Source: Nitrososphaera sp. (lineage in GTDB: Archaea > Thermoproteota > Nitrososphaeria > Nitrososphaerales > Nitrosopumilaceae). From it: a stretch of 64,000 bases of DNA. The notes under the pieces were generated by a model. That model made no database searches and was not told where the DNA came from. It saw only the letters and a list, made by a program, of their open reading frames with translations. This document shows, piece by piece, positions 1-9,010 of the stretch. The DNA lies in contig JBDUUJ010000079.1 of the NCBI GenBank assembly GCA_039938575.1, positions 10,067 through 74,066 on the forward strand, in the 5' to 3' direction. Both the position numbers and the translations under genes were made by a program. Numbering within the stretch: position 1 is the first letter of the stretch; each line of letters opens with the position of its first letter.

Positions 1-297
1 ATAAAAATCGCAGCACATGCTTATCCAATACACACCAAGGTAAAACAAGTCATGTCATCACCCCTTATTCACATAAGTCCCAATGACGAGGCCTGGGTCG
101 CCGCAGATCTAATGTACACAAGAAAGATACGCAGGCTGCCAGTTATCGACGAAGATGAGTTGTTGGGAATAGTTACTGCTACAGATTTTATCAAACTTTA
201 CACTGTGTGCAACAGAGAAGATATGAGAAGGATGTACTACCATGCACTCACCAGAATCTTCGACGATCACAACGAAGAAACATTAGCAGCCTACTAG
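1..297 (+). CDS. CBS-domain protein (5'-partial)
   Basis: Frame open from position 1; 'MSSPLIHISPNDEAWVAADLMYTRKIRRLPVID..LLGIVTATD' is a typical CBS repeat. Confidence 0.8.
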   Translation: MKIAAHAYPIHTKVKQVMSSPLIHISPNDEAWVAADLMYTRKIRRLPVIDEDELLGIVTATDFIKLYTVCNREDMRRMYYHALTRIFDDHNEETLAAY

Positions 298-983
298 ACT
301 CGCACAATATTGCCAAGAAGATTTCCTACAAGATAAGCTACACTTGCAGCGATTGCTCCAATTAAGAGAGTCATCAGTCCTGATCTTAATAGAGGTTTTT
401 TGACGACTCTTCCTTTGATTATTCCGATTAAGAAGAATGCGATACTGGTAAAGACAATAGAATATGTAAAACTGTGTTGTGAATGATTGCCAAGTCCAAA
501 GGCATACATAATTACAAACGGTAGTATCGGAATTAATCCAATTGCGGTAAATCCCGAAATTGTGCTTATTGCTGCATGAATCGGTTTTTTGTCGTCTTCG
601 ACCAGTCCAAGCTCTTCTTTCATCATGGTATCAACCCACACTTTTTTTCTCGCAGTGATAACTTTGACTATCTCGTCGAGCAACTCACTCGTAAAACCTT
701 TTTTTGCGTAGATGTCTCGAATTTCTTGTTTTTCTGATTCTGCCATGTTATCTATTTCCCATTCCTCCCTTTTGCGTTCCTTTTCTACGAACTCGATTCT
801 GGCTTTTGTCGCCTGGTAGCTGCCTACTGCCATTGAAAAACCATCGGAAAACAGATTTGCAAACCCAAGTATGACTACGACTATTGGCGAAAGAGAGGCA
901 CCTATGGCTCCAGCAACTACCGCAAAGGTGGTCACAGAGCCGTCAAACGACCCATAAACAAAGTCTTCAAAGTACCACTTCAT
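294..983 (-). CDS. VIT1/CCC1 family Fe/Mn transporter
   Basis: Motifs VYGSFDGSVTTFAVVAG, ANLFSDGFSMA, Glu-rich cytoplasmic domain, 5 TM segments. Confidence 0.9.
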   Translation of the reverse strand: MKWYFEDFVYGSFDGSVTTFAVVAGAIGASLSPIVVVILGFANLFSDGFSMAVGSYQATKARIEFVEKERKREEWEIDNMAESEKQEIRDIYAKKGFTSELLDEIVKVITARKKVWVDTMMKEELGLVEDDKKPIHAAISTISGFTAIGLIPILPFVIMYAFGLGNHSQHSFTYSIVFTSIAFFLIGIIKGRVVKKPLLRSGLMTLLIGAIAASVAYLVGNLLGNIVRV

Positions 984-1001
984 GACAGACGCCGTGATTG
1001 T

Positions 1002-1018
1002 GTCAAATTAAAAGATCT
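1002..1018 (+). repeat. attL core (17-bp direct repeat)
   Basis: GTCAAATTAAAAGATCT, identical to 9011-9027. Confidence 0.85.
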
Positions 1019-1135
1019 TTGTCGAACGAAAATCGAAGGAAAATTTTAACCAAACTAGATTTAGGCACGATATGTTCAAAAGATCGCAAAAAAAGGTTCG
1101 ATTCCTTAAATGAAAAACCCATCCAAAATGAAAGT

Positions 1136-2221
1136 ATGAGTCAAATCTTACAGAATTTCGATTGCATGTCAGTATTTGAAGAGTATATCACAAACAAACA
1201 TACCCGAAAGCTGTATCTTGGAAGCTTTGATAGGTTCATGCGTTATTTCAAAATCACAGATCCGAGCTACTTTTTGAAGCTAACAAATGAGGAAATATAC
1301 GATATTCTCAAAAGATATCTCTTACATCTAAGGCAGAGAACAGAAAAAGGCACACTCAAAGTAAACACCATTCGAATAGAGCTTGCAGGAATTGTTCACT
1401 TTTTTACGTACAACGATAGAGTAGTGAATTGGAAAAAACTCTACAAAACCATACCTCAAAACGTCAAAAACGGGGGTGAAAAGGCGTACACTAAAGACCA
1501 AATTGGAGCACTGTTGGCAGCTACCACAAAGACAAGAAACAAGCTTTTAGTTTTATTCATGGCTTCGACTGGTGCGAGAGTAGGATCACTACCAGAACTA
1601 AAACTCAAGCATGTCAAACAAATTGAAAATTGTTACTATGTTGTCCTGTACAACGAAGAAAAGGAAGAATATGTCTCTTTTATGACTCCAGAGTGCTCAA
1701 GACTATACGAGCAATATCTCCAAATAAGAAAATCAGAAGGCGAGGTATTAACACAGGAAAGCTATCTATTCAGGCATGATTATGCGTATGGTAGAAAAAC
1801 AAACCAGCCCATAGTGCAAGATGCTGTTTACCACATTATCTCTAGAATGGTCAAAAAGTCAGGTATTGGCAGAATAAAGAAGGGCCGTAGATATGACATT
1901 CCTATTGATCATGGTTTTAGAAAGTTCTTTGCAACACAAATTAAATCAAATCCCCAACTGTCGCACAGTGTAACAGAAAGGCTCTTGGGGCATCAAGAAT
2001 ACCTGGAAAGCTCGTATTTTCTGCCAGAAATCGAGAAGCTCTTTAAAGAATACAAAAAGGCAATACCGGACCTCACAATAAACGACATTGAGGCTAAAAA
2101 CGCAGAAATAAAGCAGCTTCAGGCTCAAATCAATGAGAGAATTATGCTTGAGGATAAGATAGAACGTCAGAACCAAATAATTCGGGCTATGGCTAAGAAA
2201 CTAGGTATGGAAATTTCCTAA
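1136..2221 (+). CDS. int: Tyrosine recombinase/integrase
   Basis: Catalytic motifs STGARVGSL (R), HGFRKFF (HxxR), LLGH, SSY(F); N-terminal SAM-like core-binding region. ORF-track start 998 overlaps attL; ATG 1136 (or 1166) is more plausible. Confidence 0.92.
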   Translation: MSQILQNFDCMSVFEEYITNKHTRKLYLGSFDRFMRYFKITDPSYFLKLTNEEIYDILKRYLLHLRQRTEKGTLKVNTIRIELAGIVHFFTYNDRVVNWKKLYKTIPQNVKNGGEKAYTKDQIGALLAATTKTRNKLLVLFMASTGARVGSLPELKLKHVKQIENCYYVVLYNEEKEEYVSFMTPECSRLYEQYLQIRKSEGEVLTQESYLFRHDYAYGRKTNQPIVQDAVYHIISRMVKKSGIGRIKKGRRYDIPIDHGFRKFFATQIKSNPQLSHSVTERLLGHQEYLESSYFLPEIEKLFKEYKKAIPDLTINDIEAKNAEIKQLQAQINERIMLEDKIERQNQIIRAMAKKLGMEIS

Positions 2222-2425
2222 TACATCCACCAATTGTTCTCTCTCAGTAAACTAATTAAAATCGTCATGAACCCTAAACCATATCTACGAAATACTGCAA
2301 GATTTTAACGATCTGGGTTTGGTGGTGTTTTCTTGGTTTTATATTCTAGGGAACTTATTCCTGTAAGAATATTACAAAAATTTCATTTTTGAGTAGAACT
2401 TACTGTGTGAGAGAAAATCAACGTT

Positions 2426-3286
2426 TTACCGTCGGAGTGAGGGTTGTCCAAACACCGCAATATGTAACGAGTCTTCTAGAATATTATAATATTCATAAAT
2501 CAATTCCTCAGGAAAAAAACCCATAAAATGAAAAATTGTTTTAATTAAATCATAATCGTTATCTGACATTGCAAATTCAAATAAAATATGATCCCAAACC
2601 ATACTAAATAGCATATTATAAAACACATCATAAGAAATTATACTAGAAGAAGTCTCAAAAGGACTATAATTCACAGTTACAGATTTTTCCTTCAATGTGA
2701 ATGAATATATCGGTATGGAAATATCACGTGGAAGCTTAGGTGTAAAATGGACAAGAACTTCATTCTCTATTTGATTTATAGTTATGCATGCTATTGCATT
2801 GGTCGCGGCATTTATCAATGTTTGAATCGGTAACGATGGTAACTTTGATTTTATATCTTGCAGTATTTCGTTATAGAAAGTTTCACTGCGTTCTATGAAG
2901 GCTTTTTTTAAATTTTCATTTCCTATTTTAGGTGTAAATTTTTTGAAACGATCCATTTCAAGCTTTGAAGCATACTGCCAGAACCAAGTCAATTCTTTTT
3001 TATTGAGTTGAGTATTTTGAAAATAATACATCACACCTAAAGGTGTAATTTTATAAAATTTATCGCGTTTACCCTTCTTTCTGTCGATATATTCAATCAG
3101 TCTTAGCTTCAAAAATCGCTTCTTTCTTGAATTGAAAATCCTTCTACTACAATTTTGAAATTTATCAAAATCTGATTCTCTTAAACCCATTCCGACCTTT
3201 TTATTGCCCCATCCTCTCACTTCGGACGCATCGTAGAGTAGGCGCTGTAATACCGCCAAGTCACCTTCTATTCGTGATCTGTACAA
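2426..3286 (-). CDS. Hypothetical protein with N-terminal winged-HTH-like region (element regulator?)
   Basis: 286 aa, TTG start; 'KRFLKLRLIEYIDRKKGKRDKFYKITPLG' resembles a wHTH wing; divergent from the replication operon. Confidence 0.55.
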   Translation of the reverse strand: MYRSRIEGDLAVLQRLLYDASEVRGWGNKKVGMGLRESDFDKFQNCSRRIFNSRKKRFLKLRLIEYIDRKKGKRDKFYKITPLGVMYYFQNTQLNKKELTWFWQYASKLEMDRFKKFTPKIGNENLKKAFIERSETFYNEILQDIKSKLPSLPIQTLINAATNAIACITINQIENEVLVHFTPKLPRDISIPIYSFTLKEKSVTVNYSPFETSSSIISYDVFYNMLFSMVWDHILFEFAMSDNDYDLIKTIFHFMGFFPEELIYEYYNILEDSLHIAVFGQPSLRR

Positions 3287-3343
3287 AGCTTTGAATAGAA
3301 TAGTGCATGAACTTTATCCTTATAAAACTTGTTAAGAAGTTTC

Positions 3344-3472
3344 ATGAAAACCGTAATTGGTTTATCGCTCGAAAAAAGTATAGTGCAAAAAATCGACAGC
3401 ATGAGAGGGTTAATTCCACGATCCAGATTCGTTGAGGAATTAATCAAACAAAAGTTTGGTGATACTCAATGA
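3344..3472 (+). CDS. Ribbon-helix-helix (CopG-like) protein, 42 aa (not in ORF track)
   Basis: MKTVIGLSLEKSIVQKIDSMRGLIPRSRFVEELIKQKFGDTQ: strand-helix-turn-helix pattern; TTATAAAA at 3320-3327; ATGA overlap with the next ORF. Confidence 0.7.
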   Translation: MKTVIGLSLEKSIVQKIDSMRGLIPRSRFVEELIKQKFGDTQ

Positions 3473-3609
3473 AACAATTCTTACGATGCTGTGATAATCA
3501 ACCAAGCTCCAAGATAACCTACGCTACCGGCGAAACGTTCCTAGTGTGTAAAAATTGCAAGTCCTTACCATATTGGTCCAGATTTATTCAAAAGGAGGAA
3601 TTGATCTGA
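3469..3609 (+). CDS. Small Cys-rich putative Zn-binding protein, 46 aa (not in ORF track)
   Basis: MKQFLRCCDNQPSSKITYATGETFLVCKNCKSLPYWSRFIQKEELI; CC..CxxC; coupled to both neighbours. Confidence 0.55.
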   Translation: MKQFLRCCDNQPSSKITYATGETFLVCKNCKSLPYWSRFIQKEELI

Positions 3610-3701
3610 TGATCTATCTCATAGAATCCTTGGAAGAGAAGCTTCAGGTAACTTTCTGTAAGCTAAGACTACAGAATTTAGAAAAGGTGATAATAGGTTG
3701 A
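3609..3701 (+). CDS. 30-aa coupled micro-ORF
   Basis: MIYLIESLEEKLQVTFCKLRLQNLEKVIIG; TGATG overlap upstream, TTGA overlap with the ATPase start. Confidence 0.35.
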   Translation: MIYLIESLEEKLQVTFCKLRLQNLEKVIIG

Positions 3702-5446
3702 GTGAGCAAATTGAATGGTATTGTGAGAAATGTCCAGCGAATGAAAACCAAAACTGTGGACCATTTCCAGAAAACAACCAATTATTTCCACAAGTTAAGC
3801 AGCTCCACATTACACACAGAGGATGGAAGAAGGGAAGACAACCATCCATTTTAGAGCTTGGCGATAATTGGCCTAAAGAAAACTCGGCAGGGTTAATGAA
3901 TAATGTCATGGAATGGTGTAAAAGACAAAAGAAATTGAATTTTGAAAGCATTCAAAATTATCTGAATAATGTAATCAAAAACGATCCTAAGCTTGTCAAA
4001 AAAATACCTTACGCTTTCTTTTCTGCATACACCAATAACCCAATTAACCTAGGAATAATGGCGGACACGTCAGAAGGGAAAACATACGCTGTTATCAAAG
4101 TCGCAGAAATATTCCCAAAAAATGACATTATTATAGTTGGCAGAATGTCTCCAACGGCATTAATCCACCAACGAGGGATTTTAGTTGATCCTAATGGAAA
4201 CCCTATTGAAGAAAAAATACATGATTTGGAATCACAATTATCACAAGTCAAAACACCTGCAGAAAAACTCGTAATAAAAAACGAAATTAAGGCTCTTCTT
4301 AGAACCGCAAAAAACCTAATCGATTTGAGTGATAAGATTCTTTTATTCCTAGAACCACCAAATCCACAACTTTGGGATATTCTAAAGCCAATTCTTTCTC
4401 ACGATAAATACGAAATTGAGTACAAGACGACCCAAACAGATGGGTCTCTGAAGGTAAAAGAGTCCATAATCCGAGGTTTTCCTGCTGTTGTTTTTTGTTC
4501 AGCTAAAAACGAAGCTAGTAACCCGATCTGGAAGGAGATTGAGACTAGATTCGATATTGTAAGTCCTAACACAGAGGTGACAAAGTACAAAGAAGCTAAC
4601 AAATTCACAGCACAAAGGCTAAGCATTCCAGACTTTGCAAGATCTATGATAGAGAATCCCGATGAGAAAGAACTTGCAAAAGACTCTGTAAAAGAAATTA
4701 AAGTCTGTATTCAAAGCTATTGCAAAAATACAAAAAATCCAATCTGGAATCCTTTTGACCGTATAATTGGAGAATGTTTTCCATCAAATCAAGGAATAAC
4801 GATGAGACAGTGTGATAGGTTTCTGAGGTATTGTAATCTATCAACACTCATCAATTCTAAAGACCGTTTCAGAATAGAATTTGAAACAAAAAACGGAGAT
4901 GTAGAATCCTATCTGATATCAACCATATCAGATATTGATGTGGCAATAGATCTTACTGGTGCTGTTAGTCCGATTCCGCCAGAACGCCTCAAGTTTCTAA
5001 AAGACATCTTTGAGCCTGCCTTGGCAGAGATACTTGATGATTCAGGTATAACCACAGAGAAACTTGCCTTAAAGTACACTGAGATATATAAAAAGGAGAC
5101 AACTCCAAAGAAGATTCTAGAAAACTATGTCAGACCTTTGATGGATTATGGCATTCTGGAAGCTTTAGAAGATCTATATGACAGAAGGAGACGCTTATAC
5201 AGGTATGCAGCTAAGCCCCATACTAACAATCTGGAAATTATTCGACAACGCATAATCGAACAATCGAATAATGATGATTTATTCATATGGTCTTATATAG
5301 ATGAGCTTGAAAAAAATTCGATTGGTCGGGGTAAAATCAGAGCTATTTTGGATCCAAAAGGAAGACCTGAAGGCTGGAACCTGATACAAAAACAGATAGT
5401 GAAAACCTCTTCTGAATCGAATAATTTACAGGTGATTCACGCGTGA
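3698..5446 (+). CDS. AAA+/P-loop ATPase, putative replication helicase (N-terminal Zn finger, C-terminal wHTH)
   Basis: CEKC..H..H N-terminus; Walker A-like ADTSEGKT, Walker B-like ILLFLE, Arg-finger-like ETRF; MCM-like spacing. Confidence 0.7.
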   Translation: MSEQIEWYCEKCPANENQNCGPFPENNQLFPQVKQLHITHRGWKKGRQPSILELGDNWPKENSAGLMNNVMEWCKRQKKLNFESIQNYLNNVIKNDPKLVKKIPYAFFSAYTNNPINLGIMADTSEGKTYAVIKVAEIFPKNDIIIVGRMSPTALIHQRGILVDPNGNPIEEKIHDLESQLSQVKTPAEKLVIKNEIKALLRTAKNLIDLSDKILLFLEPPNPQLWDILKPILSHDKYEIEYKTTQTDGSLKVKESIIRGFPAVVFCSAKNEASNPIWKEIETRFDIVSPNTEVTKYKEANKFTAQRLSIPDFARSMIENPDEKELAKDSVKEIKVCIQSYCKNTKNPIWNPFDRIIGECFPSNQGITMRQCDRFLRYCNLSTLINSKDRFRIEFETKNGDVESYLISTISDIDVAIDLTGAVSPIPPERLKFLKDIFEPALAEILDDSGITTEKLALKYTEIYKKETTPKKILENYVRPLMDYGILEALEDLYDRRRRLYRYAAKPHTNNLEIIRQRIIEQSNNDDLFIWSYIDELEKNSIGRGKIRAILDPKGRPEGWNLIQKQIVKTSSESNNLQVIHA

Positions 5447-5463
5447 TTTTACGCACAGATCAA

Positions 5464-5499
5464 AATATTCGATTGTGCGATTTTGAGGAATCGAATATT
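5464..5499. repeat. 11-bp perfect inverted repeat (AATATTCGATT-N14-AATCGAATATT)
   Basis: Read directly from the sequence, immediately downstream of the ATPase. Confidence 0.75.
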
Positions 5500-5582
5500 C
5501 TACACCAAGAAATGATTTCAGACACCAAAAAAGAAAAAGGAATCCTCACCTACGAGCAGTTCTTCAGGAAACTATTGAAGAT

Positions 5583-6119
5583 TTGATTCCAGAATCCCCT
5601 ATTGACCTCTTCTTCCATCCTGATGACTACCTTCCAAAGTGGATCAAAGACTTTGTTGAAAAAAAGGGGAGTCCTCAGCTACGTAGAGACTTTCGGGAAC
5701 TTTTTGGCGATATGTACCCTGAGGATCAGAGACCCAAGGATCAGAGACCAGAGGATCAAAGTCCGCAGGATCAGAATCAAACCGGACCAGAAATTCAGAG
5801 AAAGCGTGGCGGACCGTATTCAAAACATGTAAGAGAAGTACGAAGAAAGATCATTCAAGAACACATAAAATTCAATCCCAGAACAAATGAGTATTATGTG
5901 GAGAATAAATCAGAACTGGCACGACTGCTTGGCGTTAACCGCCACACCATAGAGGCTGACATCAAGGCAATCGAAGAAGAGAGACTCGCCAGATTCGAGG
6001 AAGCATTGAGAAGAGATATGGAAGCAAGGAGAGAGGCATACAGGAGATTGAAACAGGAGGACATAAACGATATTGATTGGGGTGAGGTCTATTACGGACC
6101 TCAGGGTGGTGAGGACTGA
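5583..6119 (+). CDS. HTH-domain protein with pentapeptide tandem repeat
   Basis: 'NKSELARLLGVNRHTIEADIKAI' HTH; (P-E/K/Q-D-Q-R/S/N)x4; TTG start overlaps the stop of a 24-aa ORF (5512-5586). Confidence 0.65.
   Translation: MIPESPIDLFFHPDDYLPKWIKDFVEKKGSPQLRRDFRELFGDMYPEDQRPKDQRPEDQSPQDQNQTGPEIQRKRGGPYSKHVREVRRKIIQEHIKFNPRTNEYYVENKSELARLLGVNRHTIEADIKAIEEERLARFEEALRRDMEARREAYRRLKQEDINDIDWGEVYYGPQGGED
5718..5777 (+). repeat. 4 x 15-bp tandem repeat (CCN SAG/AAG GAT CAR ANN) in coding sequence
   Basis: cctgaggatcagaga/cccaaggatcagaga/ccagaggatcaaagt/ccgcaggatcagaat. Confidence 0.85.
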
Positions 6120-6305
6120 CTGTCTAGTTATTTTTTCCAAACTGCCCTAATTTCGTTCGTGATTTTCCGAAAAATTCTAGTATTTTGTCTAGTTTGGGTA
6201 TTCCCACAATGATGCAGCTTTCTGAGATCAAGACACTATAATTAAAGGGAATTATACAACAACCTCGATAGATTATAAATGTGCTAATTAAAAGTTCTGT
6301 TAAGA

Positions 6306-7256
6306 TTGAATCTTAAGATAACGGTTTGCATCTTCCTTGTTTTTGCCATCTCTTTTTCCTCGTTTGCAGTTTTTGCCAATACATTTCCCACGGGGTTAGA
6401 TTTTTCACAAAAGAATTTTTTTGCTAAAGAGTTTAGTGATAAGAAAAAGATCATTTTACTTGGTTCTAGCCACGTAGGACAATTGAATACAACTTACATT
6501 ACAAATTACCTAAATAAAAATGATATTGAAGTGTTTAACCTAGCTTATAATAGTGATACTCCTGAACGAAGAAGTCGCTTTCTTAATGAAATGATTGCAC
6601 TAAAACCAACTGTGGTAATATATGGAGTTTCATACAGAGATTTTCAAACCCCGTTTAATGAAAGTCCTCTTCCAGATCCAAAGTATTTTTTTAACAATTT
6701 ATCAAACGAACTAATGAAGAATGATATTACAACTAATCCAAAATTAATAACTCTAAATTTTATTAGAAATGTTCAGAACTCTTTTGTGGTGTTAAGGACG
6801 GAAGAGAAAATATTAACTTTTGATAACACACCATTTTTTTCATACAATATAGAAACACAGACACAAATAGCAAACGAAATTGAGTTGAAAAAACAGTCAC
6901 AAAGATCAGAAGCATCAAAGTTTAGTCTTGAAGCGCCAGATAAAAATAAACAAGCTGAGGCACTAATTAATTTGATTAATGAATTTGAACAAAACAATAT
7001 AAAAGTTGTATTGTTCCTTACACCACTGAATAAATATTATCTTGCGGAGATTCCTGATTCACAACACATAATTTTTAATTCCATAATTAACCATGTAATA
7101 AATGAAACAGGTGTATCGGTTTATGATTTAAGATACAAGTATAGCGAAATGCCAATCTGGGCAAACATTAGTCATGTTGCATTTAATAAGGATTCTTTGA
7201 TCTACAGTGAAGATATTGCAAAAATTATTGAAAAAGAGATCTTAGATGCTATTTAA
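6306..7256 (+). CDS. Secreted SGNH/GDSL-like (AlgJ/DltD-type) protein
   Basis: Signal peptide; block I LLGSSH, FNLAYNS, C-terminal 'WANISHVAFN'; overlaps the MBOAT start. Confidence 0.65.
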   Translation: MNLKITVCIFLVFAISFSSFAVFANTFPTGLDFSQKNFFAKEFSDKKKIILLGSSHVGQLNTTYITNYLNKNDIEVFNLAYNSDTPERRSRFLNEMIALKPTVVIYGVSYRDFQTPFNESPLPDPKYFFNNLSNELMKNDITTNPKLITLNFIRNVQNSFVVLRTEEKILTFDNTPFFSYNIETQTQIANEIELKKQSQRSEASKFSLEAPDKNKQAEALINLINEFEQNNIKVVLFLTPLNKYYLAEIPDSQHIIFNSIINHVINETGVSVYDLRYKYSEMPIWANISHVAFNKDSLIYSEDIAKIIEKEILDAI

Positions 7257-8709
7257 CACAATAGATTTTGTGATTTTCTTTATAATTGTTTTAACAACAT
7301 TAACCGTTATTAAAAAAAGAAGATTTCAGCATCTATTTCTTCTAATAGCAAGTTACTTTTTTTTCTATTATTCCAGCAATTATTTGATAGTTCTTTTGTT
7401 GATAACCACCATATGGGATTTTTACTTTGGTGAAATAATTTATAATGCAAAAACTGTAAAAACTAAAAAATTAGCTCTGGTAACAAGTTTAGCGGGGAAT
7501 TTAGGTCTGTTAGGCTTTTTTAAATATGCGGATTTTGCCATAACTCAGTTTAATTTTCTTGGGAGTTATTTTGAACTGGAGCATATTCCCCATCTGAATT
7601 TGGCATTACCAATTGCAATTTCGTTTTATACGTTTCATTCCATTACATACACTGTAAGCATATATCGTGGTCAGCTAAGACCGGTAAAATCATTTACAGA
7701 CTATGCTATCTTTGTTGCATTTTTCCCGCAGCTGGTTGCAGGGCCAATTCTCCGTGCCAAAGAATTTCTCCCACAATTAAGAGAAAAACTAGATGTTGAG
7801 GTAGGTATACGCCTGCGACAGATAATAATTCACAATCAAAATCTCAAATACGGAATAACAATGATGGCGCTTGGATTTTTCAAAAAGATGTTTTTTGCAG
7901 ATAATATCTCTCCTTTTGTAAACGAGGTTTTTGCAAATCCATTAGGGTTAGATTCATTTGCTATTGTCTTGGCCACGATAGGATTTGGAATTCAGATTTA
8001 TTGTGATTTTTCAGGCTATTCAGATATAGCTATTGGTGCAGCTTTGATTATGGGTTTTAAGATTCCCATAAATTTTAACAAACCGTACTTTGCTACTTCA
8101 CCAGCTGATTTTTGGAGAAGGTGGCACATTTCACTGTCTACGTGGCTTCGTGATTACCTGTACATACCACTTGGTGGTAACAAAAAATCCAAACTACGGA
8201 CTTATCTTAACTTGATGATTGTAATGTTTCTTGGTGGTCTGTGGCATGGGGCTGCATGGAATTTTGTACTCTGGGGCATTCTACATGGAGTCTATCTTGC
8301 CTGCCATAGATTTATTGTAAACAAGTTTCCTCATTTAACTTCAAACCAGTTCTTTAAAAGTAATTTAGGCAAAATAATTACGATCCTGATTACACAATAT
8401 CTGGTATTTTTAGCGTGGATACCATTTAGAATTGAAAATACGCAGCATATGCTTTATACAATGCAAAAGTTTGTGATTTTAGATATCCACACACATGAGA
8501 TAACTTCGTTTATACTTTCACATAAATTACCGGTTCTTTTTATGATGTTATTTGTGATACTTCACATTTATTCATACAAAAAAAATATTTTAGATAGATT
8601 TGCTTCATTACATCTTCATTGGTGGACAATCTTTTTGCTTGTAATAATGCTGCTAATAATTTTCTTTTATGATGGAAATCCTGAAGACTTTGTATATTTC
8701 AGATTCTAA
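7246..8709 (+). CDS. MBOAT family O-acyltransferase (AlgI/DltB/PatA-like)
   Basis: LPIAISFYTF, FFPQLVAGPI, DFSGYSDIAIG, NFNKPY, DFWRRWHISLS, GLWHGA. Confidence 0.95.
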   Translation: MLFNTIDFVIFFIIVLTTLTVIKKRRFQHLFLLIASYFFFYYSSNYLIVLLLITTIWDFYFGEIIYNAKTVKTKKLALVTSLAGNLGLLGFFKYADFAITQFNFLGSYFELEHIPHLNLALPIAISFYTFHSITYTVSIYRGQLRPVKSFTDYAIFVAFFPQLVAGPILRAKEFLPQLREKLDVEVGIRLRQIIIHNQNLKYGITMMALGFFKKMFFADNISPFVNEVFANPLGLDSFAIVLATIGFGIQIYCDFSGYSDIAIGAALIMGFKIPINFNKPYFATSPADFWRRWHISLSTWLRDYLYIPLGGNKKSKLRTYLNLMIVMFLGGLWHGAAWNFVLWGILHGVYLACHRFIVNKFPHLTSNQFFKSNLGKIITILITQYLVFLAWIPFRIENTQHMLYTMQKFVILDIHTHEITSFILSHKLPVLFMMLFVILHIYSYKKNILDRFASLHLHWWTIFLLVIMLLIIFFYDGNPEDFVYFRF

Positions 8710-9010
8710 TGTTGTTTGCTCATAATGACAAATTTTGTTGCTGATTCCTCACACAATACGTTCATTGACGAGTTTATTTAGCAAGATTCTACATTATGAC
8801 ACTAGTTTAAACCACGTTTCGCATAATTAAAACCCATTTAGTTGATAATAGACCTTTTGCGCAATTAACGAAAATTTACGTACAATACGGGGAACCATAT
8901 CTGAATACGCTTGCAGGCATGCTTTTTTACCCAAACCAAAAAGCAAAAAAGGCGCTAACGAGATAATAAATCTATGACTAGATCTGATTTAAAAAATTCT
9001 CTCGAAACTA

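Noticed and set aside
1093-1107. AAGG-TTCGATT-CCTT hairpin resembling a tRNA T-arm near attL
   Set aside because: Only a 4-bp stem, with no acceptor or anticodon arm and no copy at the right end. Not a tRNA target remnant on present evidence.
8790-8980. Open frame at the element's right end (..YGEPYLNTLAGMLFLPKPKSKK..)
   Set aside because: No start codon giving a credible gene and no recognisable family.
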